Source: Clostridiaceae bacterium
GTDB taxonomy: Bacteria > Bacillota > Clostridia > Acetivibrionales > DTU013
Length of the DNA stretch: 43,995 nt
Direction: 5' to 3'
NCBI GenBank assembly: GCA_039679375.1
Contig: JBDKVA010000039.1
Span: 1 to 43,995, forward strand
Positions 36,665 through 43,995 of the stretch are shown in pieces. Below the pieces are notes generated by a model. The model ran no database searches. It saw only the letters and a program-made list of their open reading frames with translations, and had not been told where the DNA came from. Every line of letters starts with the position of its first letter. The first letter of the stretch is position 1. The position numbers were made by a program, and so were the translations under genes.

Positions 36665-38092
36665 TTATTCCTTTTTGTTTTCTTCCTTCACGGATTCCTT
36701 GCCGGCGGCATAATTTTTCAGTATTCCGGTGATATCAACTCCCGTAAGGCCTTTCACCGTCTCAGGGAGCTGCGCGAGGATATTCGTGATATCCTTTGTG
36801 ATCTTCGAAGCGCCCGAATCACCGATCATAATGATCTTCTCCGTCTTGGACAGAGGCTGTGCAATGGCTTGTGCGACCTCAGGCAGTTTTTCTATGACCA
36901 TCTGAGCGACAGCCGCATCATTAAATTGCTTATACGCTTCCGCTTTCTTAGTCAGAGCGATGGCCTCCGCTTCACCCTTTGCCTGAATGATTTCAGCTTC
37001 TGCAAGACCGGCCGCCTTAATAGCTTCCGCTTTTGCAAGACCTTCTGCCTTAATTGAATACGACAGACCTTCCGCTTCCTTCGATCTCTTCACCCTTTCG
37101 GCTTCTGCGGCAATTTCAGTCTTAAACCTGTCTGCTTCCGCAGGCTTTCTGATCATAGCATCAAGTTCCTGTTCCTTCCTTAATGCTTCCTGCCCCTGCA
37201 GCTCGATTTCCTTCTGCTTCTTTACGATCTCAACCTGCATGGCTTCCTTTTGTACTTCCTGCTGTATGACATATTTCTTTTTATCATACGAGAGGTCTGC
37301 TTCAGCCTTTTTCTCATTAACGGAAGCCTGGTAGTCGGCCATTTTCATTTCCTTATCCCTGTTGGACTCGGCAACCTTGGTTTCTGCCAGGAATTTCGCC
37401 GTCTGCCCTGCCTGCATGGCTTCCGCGCTCTTGATATCCGCGTCCCTCTTTGCCTCAGCCTGGCCGATGATGGCATCTCTTTGTACCCTTGCGATCTGCG
37501 CCTTTCCAAGGCTTTCAAGGTAGCCGTTCTTATCGGCAATTTCCCTTATTGTAAACGAAATGATTTTTAGACCCATATTGGCCAGGTCGCCAGCCGCAAG
37601 CTCCTGCACCTTCTGAGCAAAAGCATCCCTGTTCTGGTTGATCTCTTCTACCGTAAGGTTGCCAACGATCGAGCGAAGGTGTCCTTCAAGCGTCTGTGTG
37701 GCTATCCGCCTGATTTCATCCTCTTTGAGGCTCAGGAATTGCTCTGCGGCAGTAGCAATCGCTTCATGATGCGAATCGATTTTCACCTGCGCTATGCCAT
37801 CAACCGTGACCTGTACACCCTGGGACGTATAAGCGCTCGAATTGACATCGAGAGGCATGATCCTGAGCGATATGGTTTTAGAGATTTCTAAAACAGGCCA
37901 TACAAAGGTTGCTCCGCCTCTTACTATTCTAAATCCTACTACCTGCCCGTTCGGCAGCTTCTTCTTCCGTCCTGAGACGATAAGCGCCTCATCCGGTCCT
38001 ACCTTCACATACCTGCCTACAAATACCGAGATCAGTATGAAGATGACCGCTACAAGAATAATGGCGATTAAAATTGGTAAACCGTATCCCAC
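36665..38092 (-). CDS. floT: Flotillin-like SPFH/Band-7 protein (FloT/YuaG-like)
   Basis: An N-terminal TM segment is followed by an SPFH domain and a long EA-rich coiled-coil (flotillin) region. The start is a GTG. It sits immediately downstream of the NfeD-like gene. Confidence 0.85.
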   Translation of the reverse strand: MGYGLPILIAIILVAVIFILISVFVGRYVKVGPDEALIVSGRKKKLPNGQVVGFRIVRGGATFVWPVLEISKTISLRIMPLDVNSSAYTSQGVQVTVDGIAQVKIDSHHEAIATAAEQFLSLKEDEIRRIATQTLEGHLRSIVGNLTVEEINQNRDAFAQKVQELAAGDLANMGLKIISFTIREIADKNGYLESLGKAQIARVQRDAIIGQAEAKRDADIKSAEAMQAGQTAKFLAETKVAESNRDKEMKMADYQASVNEKKAEADLSYDKKKYVIQQEVQKEAMQVEIVKKQKEIELQGQEALRKEQELDAMIRKPAEADRFKTEIAAEAERVKRSKEAEGLSYSIKAEGLAKAEAIKAAGLAEAEIIQAKGEAEAIALTKKAEAYKQFNDAAVAQMVIEKLPEVAQAIAQPLSKTEKIIMIGDSGASKITKDITNILAQLPETVKGLTGVDITGILKNYAAGKESVKEENKKE

Positions 38093-38108
38093 TGTAAAAC
38101 CTCCTCAT

Positions 38109-38966
38109 TTAATTATTTCCCGCATCACTGCGTGGTTTTTCAACACCCTCATTTTCGTGCCCGCTGTTGTATAGATCAATATCATCAAGGGTCAACTTCC
38201 GCTGTACAATTGCCTCGCTCCCTGCAATTTTCCGTATGATGACCGCAGCACCCCTTTTGATGCTTTCACCTTCCGTTGCCCTGGCCGGCATTGTATACCT
38301 TATTCCGTTTGCAACATATGCAATTTCGCCAAGCCCCATCACCGGTATCGGGGTAATCACTTCTGCTTCCGTATCAACCAGGTCTTCCAGCGAAAAAACG
38401 GAGTTGGACTGCGAGCCGTACATAAACTTAACGATGCCAAAGAATATCGCAGCTCCTATCACACCTGCAAAAGCCAGCGCAACAACCGTACTTATCAGGC
38501 TGCTCATGCCGAAGCCCTTCATCGAAATCAGCCCGACTGCACCGAACGCCGTGATCGCACTTGCAATGACAATGGGACTGAAGGGGGAGGGGCTGTCAGC
38601 CGAATCGCCTCCATGGTCTGTATGGGCAACTGCGTCATGATGAAGGGCAATTCCGTCATGATGCAGATCCAAACCGCCGTGCTGAAGGTCAAAGCCGTCA
38701 TGCTGAATATCCAGACCGCCGCCGTGATCTACGCTGTGATCTGCGCCATGGCCGCCCAGCATGAGTGAAACGACCGAGTAAAATACACCGAATGCAAAAC
38801 ATCCTATAAATACATAAAGCAGAATATCACCTCCATCATAGAAACCAGAGACCAGAGACCAGAGACTAGAAACCAGAAACCGGATGAGTATACTGTTATG
38901 CATAAATTCAGATTTCCGGTTTTTACTTGCTATTCCCTGTATCTGTTCTTTCCGGCTGCCACCCAT
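38109..38966 (-). CDS. NfeD-like (YuaF-type) membrane protein with a His/Asp-rich insertion; start codon uncertain
   Basis: Three TM helices are followed by a C-terminal OB-fold (EAEVITPIPVMGLGEIAYVANGIRY..). The His-rich loop is GGHGADHSVDHGGGLDIQHDGFDLQHGGLDLHHDGIALHHDAVAHTDHGG. The track's first 34 codons overlap repeat B2. The ATG at 38966 or the ATG at 38903 is more plausible, but neither has an SD. Confidence 0.6.
   Translation of the reverse strand: MGGSRKEQIQGIASKNRKSEFMHNSILIRFLVSSLWSLVSGFYDGGDILLYVFIGCFAFGVFYSVVSLMLGGHGADHSVDHGGGLDIQHDGFDLQHGGLDLHHDGIALHHDAVAHTDHGGDSADSPSPFSPIVIASAITAFGAVGLISMKGFGMSSLISTVVALAFAGVIGAAIFFGIVKFMYGSQSNSVFSLEDLVDTEAEVITPIPVMGLGEIAYVANGIRYTMPARATEGESIKRGAAVIIRKIAGSEAIVQRKLTLDDIDLYNSGHENEGVEKPRSDAGNN
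38840..38881. repeat. Tandem heptamer array, 6 units (agaaacc/agagacc; GGTCTCT/GGTTTCT on the coding strand)
   Basis: The units were read directly: agaaacc agagacc agagacc agagact agaaacc agaaacc. The array lies inside the NfeD-like ORF. It is followed on the coding strand by GGAGGTGA. Confidence 0.8.
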
Positions 38967-38975
38967 ACCATGCTG

Positions 38976-39069
38976 ATTGAATGAAATTTTCTGAACGGCT
39001 GTCTTCGCAAACATCATGGAATCACTGCTGTTTGCAAAGCCATTCGTCAAGAAAATCAGTTCTTTCAAT
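38976..39069. repeat. Interspersed structured repeat family B, copy 2
   Basis: The sequence attgaatgaaattttctgaacggctgtcttcgcaaacatcatggaatcactgctgtttgcaaagccattcgtcaagaaaatcagttctttcaat aligns to 25323-25417. Confidence 0.65.
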
Positions 39070-39388
39070 CTATGTTATCATATTTGCCCCGCTATTAAAA
39101 CACCTATCCAAATAACGGTATTCGGCGGATATGGGCAGCCTGGCGCATATTATGCGTTCATTATAACGCATAGGTTCAGATAAAATTTTTCGGCTGTAGA
39201 AAAATTTTATTACCTCTGCTGCGTTTCAGCGAGGCTATGCGTTGGCTTTGCCAACTGCTCGCCTATGCATCCCAGACGGGAAATATGCACTCACCGCCTG
39301 AAAACCAAATTGGTACCCGCCACCTATAAAGGTGGGGGACATTTTGTTGCCTCGTTATATATACGGCCGTGATTTTGATTTGGTCTGA

Positions 39389-39430
39389 AAAAATAAAAAA
39401 ACAAACGCCGGATAACAAGTATCCCGGCGC
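39389..39430 (-). terminator. Rho-independent terminator downstream of the Gln-rich protein gene
   Basis: The stem cgccggata / atcccggcg has a 5-nt loop (acaag). On the minus strand a long T-run follows (tttgtttttttattttttc). Confidence 0.55.
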
Positions 39431-39469
39431 ATTCGCTCCATTCTCCGATAAAAATGATCACATGAAATT

Positions 39470-41158
39470 TCAGCCCAAATTCAGTATTTTACCGTCATCC
39501 GGGTCAATATAAACAAGCCAGTATCCAAAAGCGCCATATCTGGATCTGTTCCCTTCTGCCTGTACCCACCTGCTCATCTCTCCGAATGGCTTCCTGTCGA
39601 CCATGTGCATACCGGGAACGCCGCATACCACATACTGCTTTTGACTCTCCTTATGTTGGAAAATACCAATGATCAGGTGTCTGTATTTATAATGAGCCAT
39701 CATCACGGCCGGATTGAAAAGCAAAGGTGACCGGATATTGCACTGATATAGTATATTGTTCAAATTGACCGGATTCGTGACCTTCCACCATATGTAATCG
39801 CTTCTTCTGCTGTGGAACGGATCATTTTCCTCAAAATATCTTCCGATTTCTTCCTTTAACAGGGCTATATCTCCCGAAACAGGCACGGACGCCATTGCAG
39901 CAGCATGTCTCATTCTGCAGGCGTCACAAGGATTTGCGGCACGGGCGTCATCATTTACAAAAGCTCCGCACATATTTCCATTTAAGTAAACACATCCGGT
40001 ATTGACCTGTCCCGGCTCCGTCTGGTATGGTGCAGCCGGTTGATTTTGCTGCATTATAGGAGTCTGCTGATAACTCATGGGCTGCTGTCCGTACTCCGGC
40101 GGAATTCCGTACGTCTGGTCGTAATCGGGCTGCATTCCATGAACACGATCATACTGGAATGGCACATCCTGCGCCGTATCCGGCTGTGAAGGAGCACTCT
40201 GCGTCTGGTTTACCTGAGACTGCTCCGGATATGATTTTTCCTCTTGATGAAGCTGTTCTTCAACCGGCTGCGCCGGTGATGAAAGCTCTTGATTCAATGA
40301 TTTCTGCTGCGGCTGGTCTTCATATAGTTGCTTCTGATGCTCCTGCTCCTGTTGTGGCTGGTCCTGGTAAGATTGCTGGTCCTGGGGCTGTTCCTTTTGC
40401 TGCAGTTCTTCACAAGGCAGTTTCTGCTGTATTTGCTCCTGGCTCTGCTGTATTTGCTCCTGGTTCTGCTGTACCTGCTCCTGATTCTGCTGCGGGTGGA
40501 TATGGTACAAATTTCCCTGAAGTGCCGGATTTATTTCATAGAACTGTTCTTCAGCCTGCTGTGCCGGCGATGGCAGCTTCCGCTGCGGCTTGCTTTGCTG
40601 CAGCGTCCCCTGTTTCACCTGCTCCATTTGATGTTGCCGCTGATATGGAATGGTTTGCTTCACTTGTCTCTCCTGTTGCAGGAAATGCTGCTTTAGCAGA
40701 AAATGCCGCTTTAATCCGTTCCTCCACTCCATCTTTCCGTTTTTATAGGCTGCCAAAGGGCAAATAATATTGTCAATCGGCCGGTCTGCATATTCGACCA
40801 GCACAGCCGCACTGCAATACTCTTCGATCCCGCATCCGGATGCCCCCACATTTGAGGGATCAAAGCTCCATTCCAGTTCCGATTTATTCTGCCCGGCAAC
40901 AAGTTCACCGGCAGCCACCGCAGCCACACCATCCCTCGCACCTCTCAGCAGGTACAGCATATACATGAACCTGCCGTTCCCCGGTCTTAAGTTTTGGACA
41001 GATGCATGCAGCTTTCCCCTGCCGTCGCGAACCTCCAGTCTGACATACCCCGAAGGCTTTTGGCCGGCTTCAAATCCCGGGTCCTCATTGTCAAATATCA
41101 TAAAATATCTCTGAAATCCTTTTTTGACATCCAAGCGCAATCCCCCCTGATCTCGCAT
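39470..41158 (-). CDS. Hypothetical protein with conserved N- and C-terminal domains separated by a Gln/Glu-rich low-complexity linker containing 7-aa tandem repeats
   Basis: The 562-aa ORF has a central run QEQVQQNQEQIQQSQEQIQQK. It is encoded by 21-nt tandem DNA repeats at about 40424-40486. The C-terminal domain is Cys-containing and globular (CDACRMRH..DYIWWKVTNP..GAFGYWLVYIDPDDGKI). Confidence 0.7.
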   Translation of the reverse strand: MRDQGGLRLDVKKGFQRYFMIFDNEDPGFEAGQKPSGYVRLEVRDGRGKLHASVQNLRPGNGRFMYMLYLLRGARDGVAAVAAGELVAGQNKSELEWSFDPSNVGASGCGIEEYCSAAVLVEYADRPIDNIICPLAAYKNGKMEWRNGLKRHFLLKQHFLQQERQVKQTIPYQRQHQMEQVKQGTLQQSKPQRKLPSPAQQAEEQFYEINPALQGNLYHIHPQQNQEQVQQNQEQIQQSQEQIQQKLPCEELQQKEQPQDQQSYQDQPQQEQEHQKQLYEDQPQQKSLNQELSSPAQPVEEQLHQEEKSYPEQSQVNQTQSAPSQPDTAQDVPFQYDRVHGMQPDYDQTYGIPPEYGQQPMSYQQTPIMQQNQPAAPYQTEPGQVNTGCVYLNGNMCGAFVNDDARAANPCDACRMRHAAAMASVPVSGDIALLKEEIGRYFEENDPFHSRRSDYIWWKVTNPVNLNNILYQCNIRSPLLFNPAVMMAHYKYRHLIIGIFQHKESQKQYVVCGVPGMHMVDRKPFGEMSRWVQAEGNRSRYGAFGYWLVYIDPDDGKILNLG

Positions 41159-41443
41159 GATACAATATGTATATGCAGGGAAATAGAATAAATATCAAAA
41201 ATATTATGTAGCATAAAAATGCAGGATTAGATTTTAAAAATTGCAAAATTTATAAATATCGTGAATAACATCAAAAAGTGTGTGTGATAAGCCGTGATAT
41301 CTTGGGATACCTGCTTTCATATGTTTTTCTCCATCGCAAGAATTCATTAGAACATGCATAATTTTATTTGTTTAATATATTAGTATTCTCCCGGAAGACA
41401 TGGGAAATGCATTAAATAAATAATATTTTTGAATAATCTGATA

Positions 41444-41472
41444 TTGAAACCTTCAAAATAATGTGATATGAT
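41444..41472 (+). promoter_or_regulatory. Putative sigma-A promoter for PEP carboxykinase
   Basis: A -35 TTGAAA is followed by a 17-nt spacer ending in TGa, then a -10 TATGAT. It lies about 150 nt upstream of the ATG. Confidence 0.4.
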
Positions 41473-41625
41473 ATGCTAGTGAAAAAATTAGCTAATTTCA
41501 AAACTGTTTGCCAATATTTAATAAATATCGGAATATCAATAAAACAGCCGGGTTTAAAGAAACTACATAATTTTTTTGCACGAACAATTACAATAAAAAA
41601 CATATGACTTGAAAGGAGTAGTTAA

Positions 41626-43416
41626 ATGATCGAAAATAAAAAGTTGCAGAACTGGGTAAAAGAAATGGCTGATATGTGCCAGCCTGATAAGATTTACTGG
41701 TGTGATGGTTCCAGGGAAGAAAACGACCGTCTGCTGCAGGAAATGGTCGACAGCGGAATGGCTATACGCCTGAACCAGAAAAAACGTCCGGGTTGCTATC
41801 TTTTCAGAAGCGATCCGTCGGATGTGGCACGTGTAGAGGACAGAACATTTATTGCCTCGAAAAAGAAGGAAGACGCCGGCCCAACGAATAACTGGGTCGA
41901 CCCCGATGAACTCAAAGCTACCATGAAAGCCTTATATAAAGGCAGCATGAAGGGCAGAACGATGTATGTCATCCCCTTCTCCATGGGACCGATCGGCTCT
42001 CCCATATCAAAGATCGGTGTTGAGCTGACAGACAGCCCTTATGTTGTCGTCAACATGCGCATCATGACCCGTATGGGCAAAGCAGTTCTTGAAGCTCTGG
42101 GCGATGGTGATTTTGTACCATGCCTGCACTCTGTAGGCGCTCCGCTTGAAAAAGGCCAAAAGGATTCCTCATGGCCCTGCGCGCCAATCGAAAAGAAATA
42201 TATCAGTCATTTCCCTGAAGAAAGAACTATCTGGTCCTATGGTTCCGGATACGGCGGAAACGCCCTTCTGGGAAAGAAATGCTTCGCGCTTCGTATCGCT
42301 TCCGTCCAGGCCCGCGATGAAGGCTGGATGGCTGAGCACATGCTTATTCTCGGCATTACGGATCCAAAGGGAAATAAAAAGTACGTCACAGGTGCTTTCC
42401 CGAGTGCCTGCGGCAAGACAAACCTTGCAATGCTCATACCGACCATTCCCGGCTGGAAGGTTGAAACAGTCGGTGATGATATTGCCTGGATGAAGTTCGG
42501 AAAAGACGGACGCCTTTATGCCATCAATCCGGAAGCAGGATTCTTCGGTGTTGCTCCTGGTACCTCATATGAATCAAACCCCAACGCCATGCACAGCTGT
42601 GAAAAAAATACCATATTCACAAATGTAGCTTTGACAGATGACGGTGACGTCTGGTGGGAAGGCATCGGTTCAAAAGCTCCGGATCATCTTATTGACTGGA
42701 AAGGAAACGACTGGACCCCGGATTCAAAGACACCGGCAGCACATCCAAACGCACGTTTCACAGCTCCTGCAAGCCAGTGCCCTGTAATTTCAAAAGAGTG
42801 GGAAGATCCTACAGGTGTGCCGATCTCCGCATTCCTTGTCGGAGGGCGCCGCCCAAGCACGATCCCTCTGGTTCATGAAAGCTTTGACTGGAACCACGGC
42901 GTATTCATGGGCTCGATCATGGGCTCCGAGATTACAGCCGCTACAATTTCAAATAATATAGGGAAGGTACGCCGCGATCCATTTGCAATGCTTCCTTTCA
43001 TGGGCTATCATGTTGGCGATTATCTGCAGCATTGGCTCGATATCGGCAAGAAAAGCTCCGCCGACAAGCTTCCAAGAATCTTCTATGTAAACTGGTTCCG
43101 CAAGGATGCCAGCGGAAAATGGTTATGGCCCGGATTTGGTGAAAACAGCCGCGTGCTCAAGTGGATCTGCGAGAGAGTATCGGGCGTGGGCAAGGCTGAA
43201 AAGACGCCGATCGGCTACATGCCAACAGTTGACGCAATCGATACGAAAGGGCTCAACGTAAGCAAGGAAGATATGGCTGAATTGCTCAAAGTCAACAATG
43301 ATGAATGGCTGAACGAAGTCGAATCCATCAAGGAGCATTACAAGAATTACGGTGAGAAGATGCCGAAGGAACTGTGGAAACAGCTCGAAGCTCTTGAAAA
43401 GAGACTAAAGGGTTAA
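41626..43416 (+). CDS. pck: Phosphoenolpyruvate carboxykinase (GTP)
   Basis: Length and motifs match the GTP-dependent PEPCK family: kinase-1a [23 protein letters not shown]-loop-like [10 protein letters not shown] and [16 protein letters not shown]. The SD GAAAGGAG lies upstream. Confidence 0.9.
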   Translation: MIENKKLQNWVKEMADMCQPDKIYWCDGSREENDRLLQEMVDSGMAIRLNQKKRPGCYLFRSDPSDVARVEDRTFIASKKKEDAGPTNNWVDPDELKATMKALYKGSMKGRTMYVIPFSMGPIGSPISKIGVELTDSPYVVVNMRIMTRMGKAVLEALGDGDFVPCLHSVGAPLEKGQKDSSWPCAPIEKKYISHFPEERTIWSYGSGYGGNALLGKKCFALRIASVQARDEGWMAEHMLILGITDPKGNKKYVTGAFPSACGKTNLAMLIPTIPGWKVETVGDDIAWMKFGKDGRLYAINPEAGFFGVAPGTSYESNPNAMHSCEKNTIFTNVALTDDGDVWWEGIGSKAPDHLIDWKGNDWTPDSKTPAAHPNARFTAPASQCPVISKEWEDPTGVPISAFLVGGRRPSTIPLVHESFDWNHGVFMGSIMGSEITAATISNNIGKVRRDPFAMLPFMGYHVGDYLQHWLDIGKKSSADKLPRIFYVNWFRKDASGKWLWPGFGENSRVLKWICERVSGVGKAEKTPIGYMPTVDAIDTKGLNVSKEDMAELLKVNNDEWLNEVESIKEHYKNYGEKMPKELWKQLEALEKRLKG

Positions 43417-43442
43417 GTACGGATAAATATCGATTTGTTTTT

Positions 43443-43480
43443 CCGGCGGGTGATCGTATAGATTGCCCGCCTGTTTTATT
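43443..43480. terminator. Bidirectional hairpin terminator between the convergent pck and rsmA genes
   Basis: The stem ccggcggg / cccgcc has a 15-nt loop (tgatcgtatagattg). The plus strand continues tgttttattt. Confidence 0.55.
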
Positions 43481-43995
43481 TCTGTCCTATATCATAAATA
43501 TCATTCGATAATTGGGCAAACTGTGCGATGGAAAGGGTCTCGCCCCTCTGGTTTTCCCCGATGCCGCCCTTTGCAAGCAATTCTTTGATCTGCTCTTTGC
43601 CAAGATTAAAGCAGCCGGCATTATTCAATGCATTCACCAGCGTTTTAATTCTCTGTCCGAAGGCGGCCTTTACAACACTGAAGAACAGTATCGTGTCACA
43701 CAGCTCAACTGGAGGCTTCTCATATACATCCAGCCTGATAACGGCAGAATCCACGCCCGGCTGCGGTCTAAAACTGTGCGGCGGCACTGCCAGAACAACA
43801 GAAGGCTTTGAATAATACTGGACTGCAACCGATAAAGCGCCATAATCCTTGCCGCCCGGATCCGCACGCATTCTGTCCGCCACTTCCTTCTGCACCATGA
43901 AAACCATCGTTTTTACCCTTAAACCGCTTTCCAGAAGCGCCATTACTACAGGTGTTGTAATATAGTACGGAAGATTGGCCACGATCTTCAGCGCA
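43476..43995 (-). CDS. rsmA: 16S rRNA (adenine1518-N6/adenine1519-N6)-dimethyltransferase RsmA/KsgA, 3' part; the N-terminus lies beyond the window
   Basis: LRIVANLPYYITTPVVMALLE is the KsgA motif IV region and a C-terminal helical domain follows. The ORF runs off the right edge. Confidence 0.85.
   Translation of the reverse strand, partial: ALKIVANLPYYITTPVVMALLESGLRVKTMVFMVQKEVADRMRADPGGKDYGALSVAVQYYSKPSVVLAVPPHSFRPQPGVDSAVIRLDVYEKPPVELCDTILFFSVVKAAFGQRIKTLVNALNNAGCFNLGKEQIKELLAKGGIGENQRGETLSIAQFAQLSNDIYDIGQK

Noticed and set aside
38970-39068. The first 34 codons of the track's NfeD-like ORF (MKELIFLTNGFANSS..)
   Set aside because: This stretch coincides with repeat B2, which is non-coding at its other locus. 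The start is a TTG with no SD, so the ORF is over-extended.
40159-40767. 202-aa Ala/Pro-rich and 122-aa Leu-rich plus-strand ORFs
   Set aside because: They are mirror images of the CAG/CAA-rich repeat region of the Gln-rich gene on the opposite strand. Repeat DNA keeps every frame open. There is no independent start signal.

Overview
This is a 44 kb chromosomal segment from a low-GC Gram-positive, spore-forming anaerobe, probably Clostridia. The taxon is inferred from an alpha/beta-type SASP, YtxC, YebC, ZapA and an NfeD-flotillin pair. A PPi-dependent phosphofructokinase and a GTP-dependent PEP carboxykinase match the atypical glycolysis of cellulolytic clostridia. Genes are densely packed on both strands and are mostly housekeeping or accessory metabolism. 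From left to right the window holds a 5'-truncated PatB-like C-S lyase and a Phd/YefM-Uma2 fusion, followed by ogg and an orphan cheR-cheB pair. An ABC exporter operon (giant double-FtsX permease, MacB-like ATPase) ends in an AT-rich, membrane-anchored S8 protease. Further right are yebC, an orphan histidine kinase, yigZ, a NUDIX hydrolase, a long-form hflX, the PPi-PFK and a REC protein with a degenerate GGDEF domain. An esterase/oxidoreductase/AraC sugar module, dut (with an insertion) and an 896-aa U32 peptidase follow. The window then carries zapA and an amidohydrolase plus SelA-related pair. The right end holds an NfeD-flotillin operon, a Gln-rich repeat protein, GTP-PEPCK and the 3' part of rsmA/ksgA. 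No rRNA, tRNA, CRISPR, transposase or integrase was seen. The most unusual content is non-coding: three families of short interspersed structured repeats sit in intergenic spacers, often abutting gene starts. Two of them have terminal inverted repeats, including a 190-nt versus 97-nt pair with nested hairpins. There are also a tandem heptamer array and a His-rich repeat inside the NfeD-like gene, 21-nt in-frame repeats in the Gln-rich protein, and a purine-tract leader with a uORF. I could not align or fold anything computationally; all homology calls come from motif recognition by eye.
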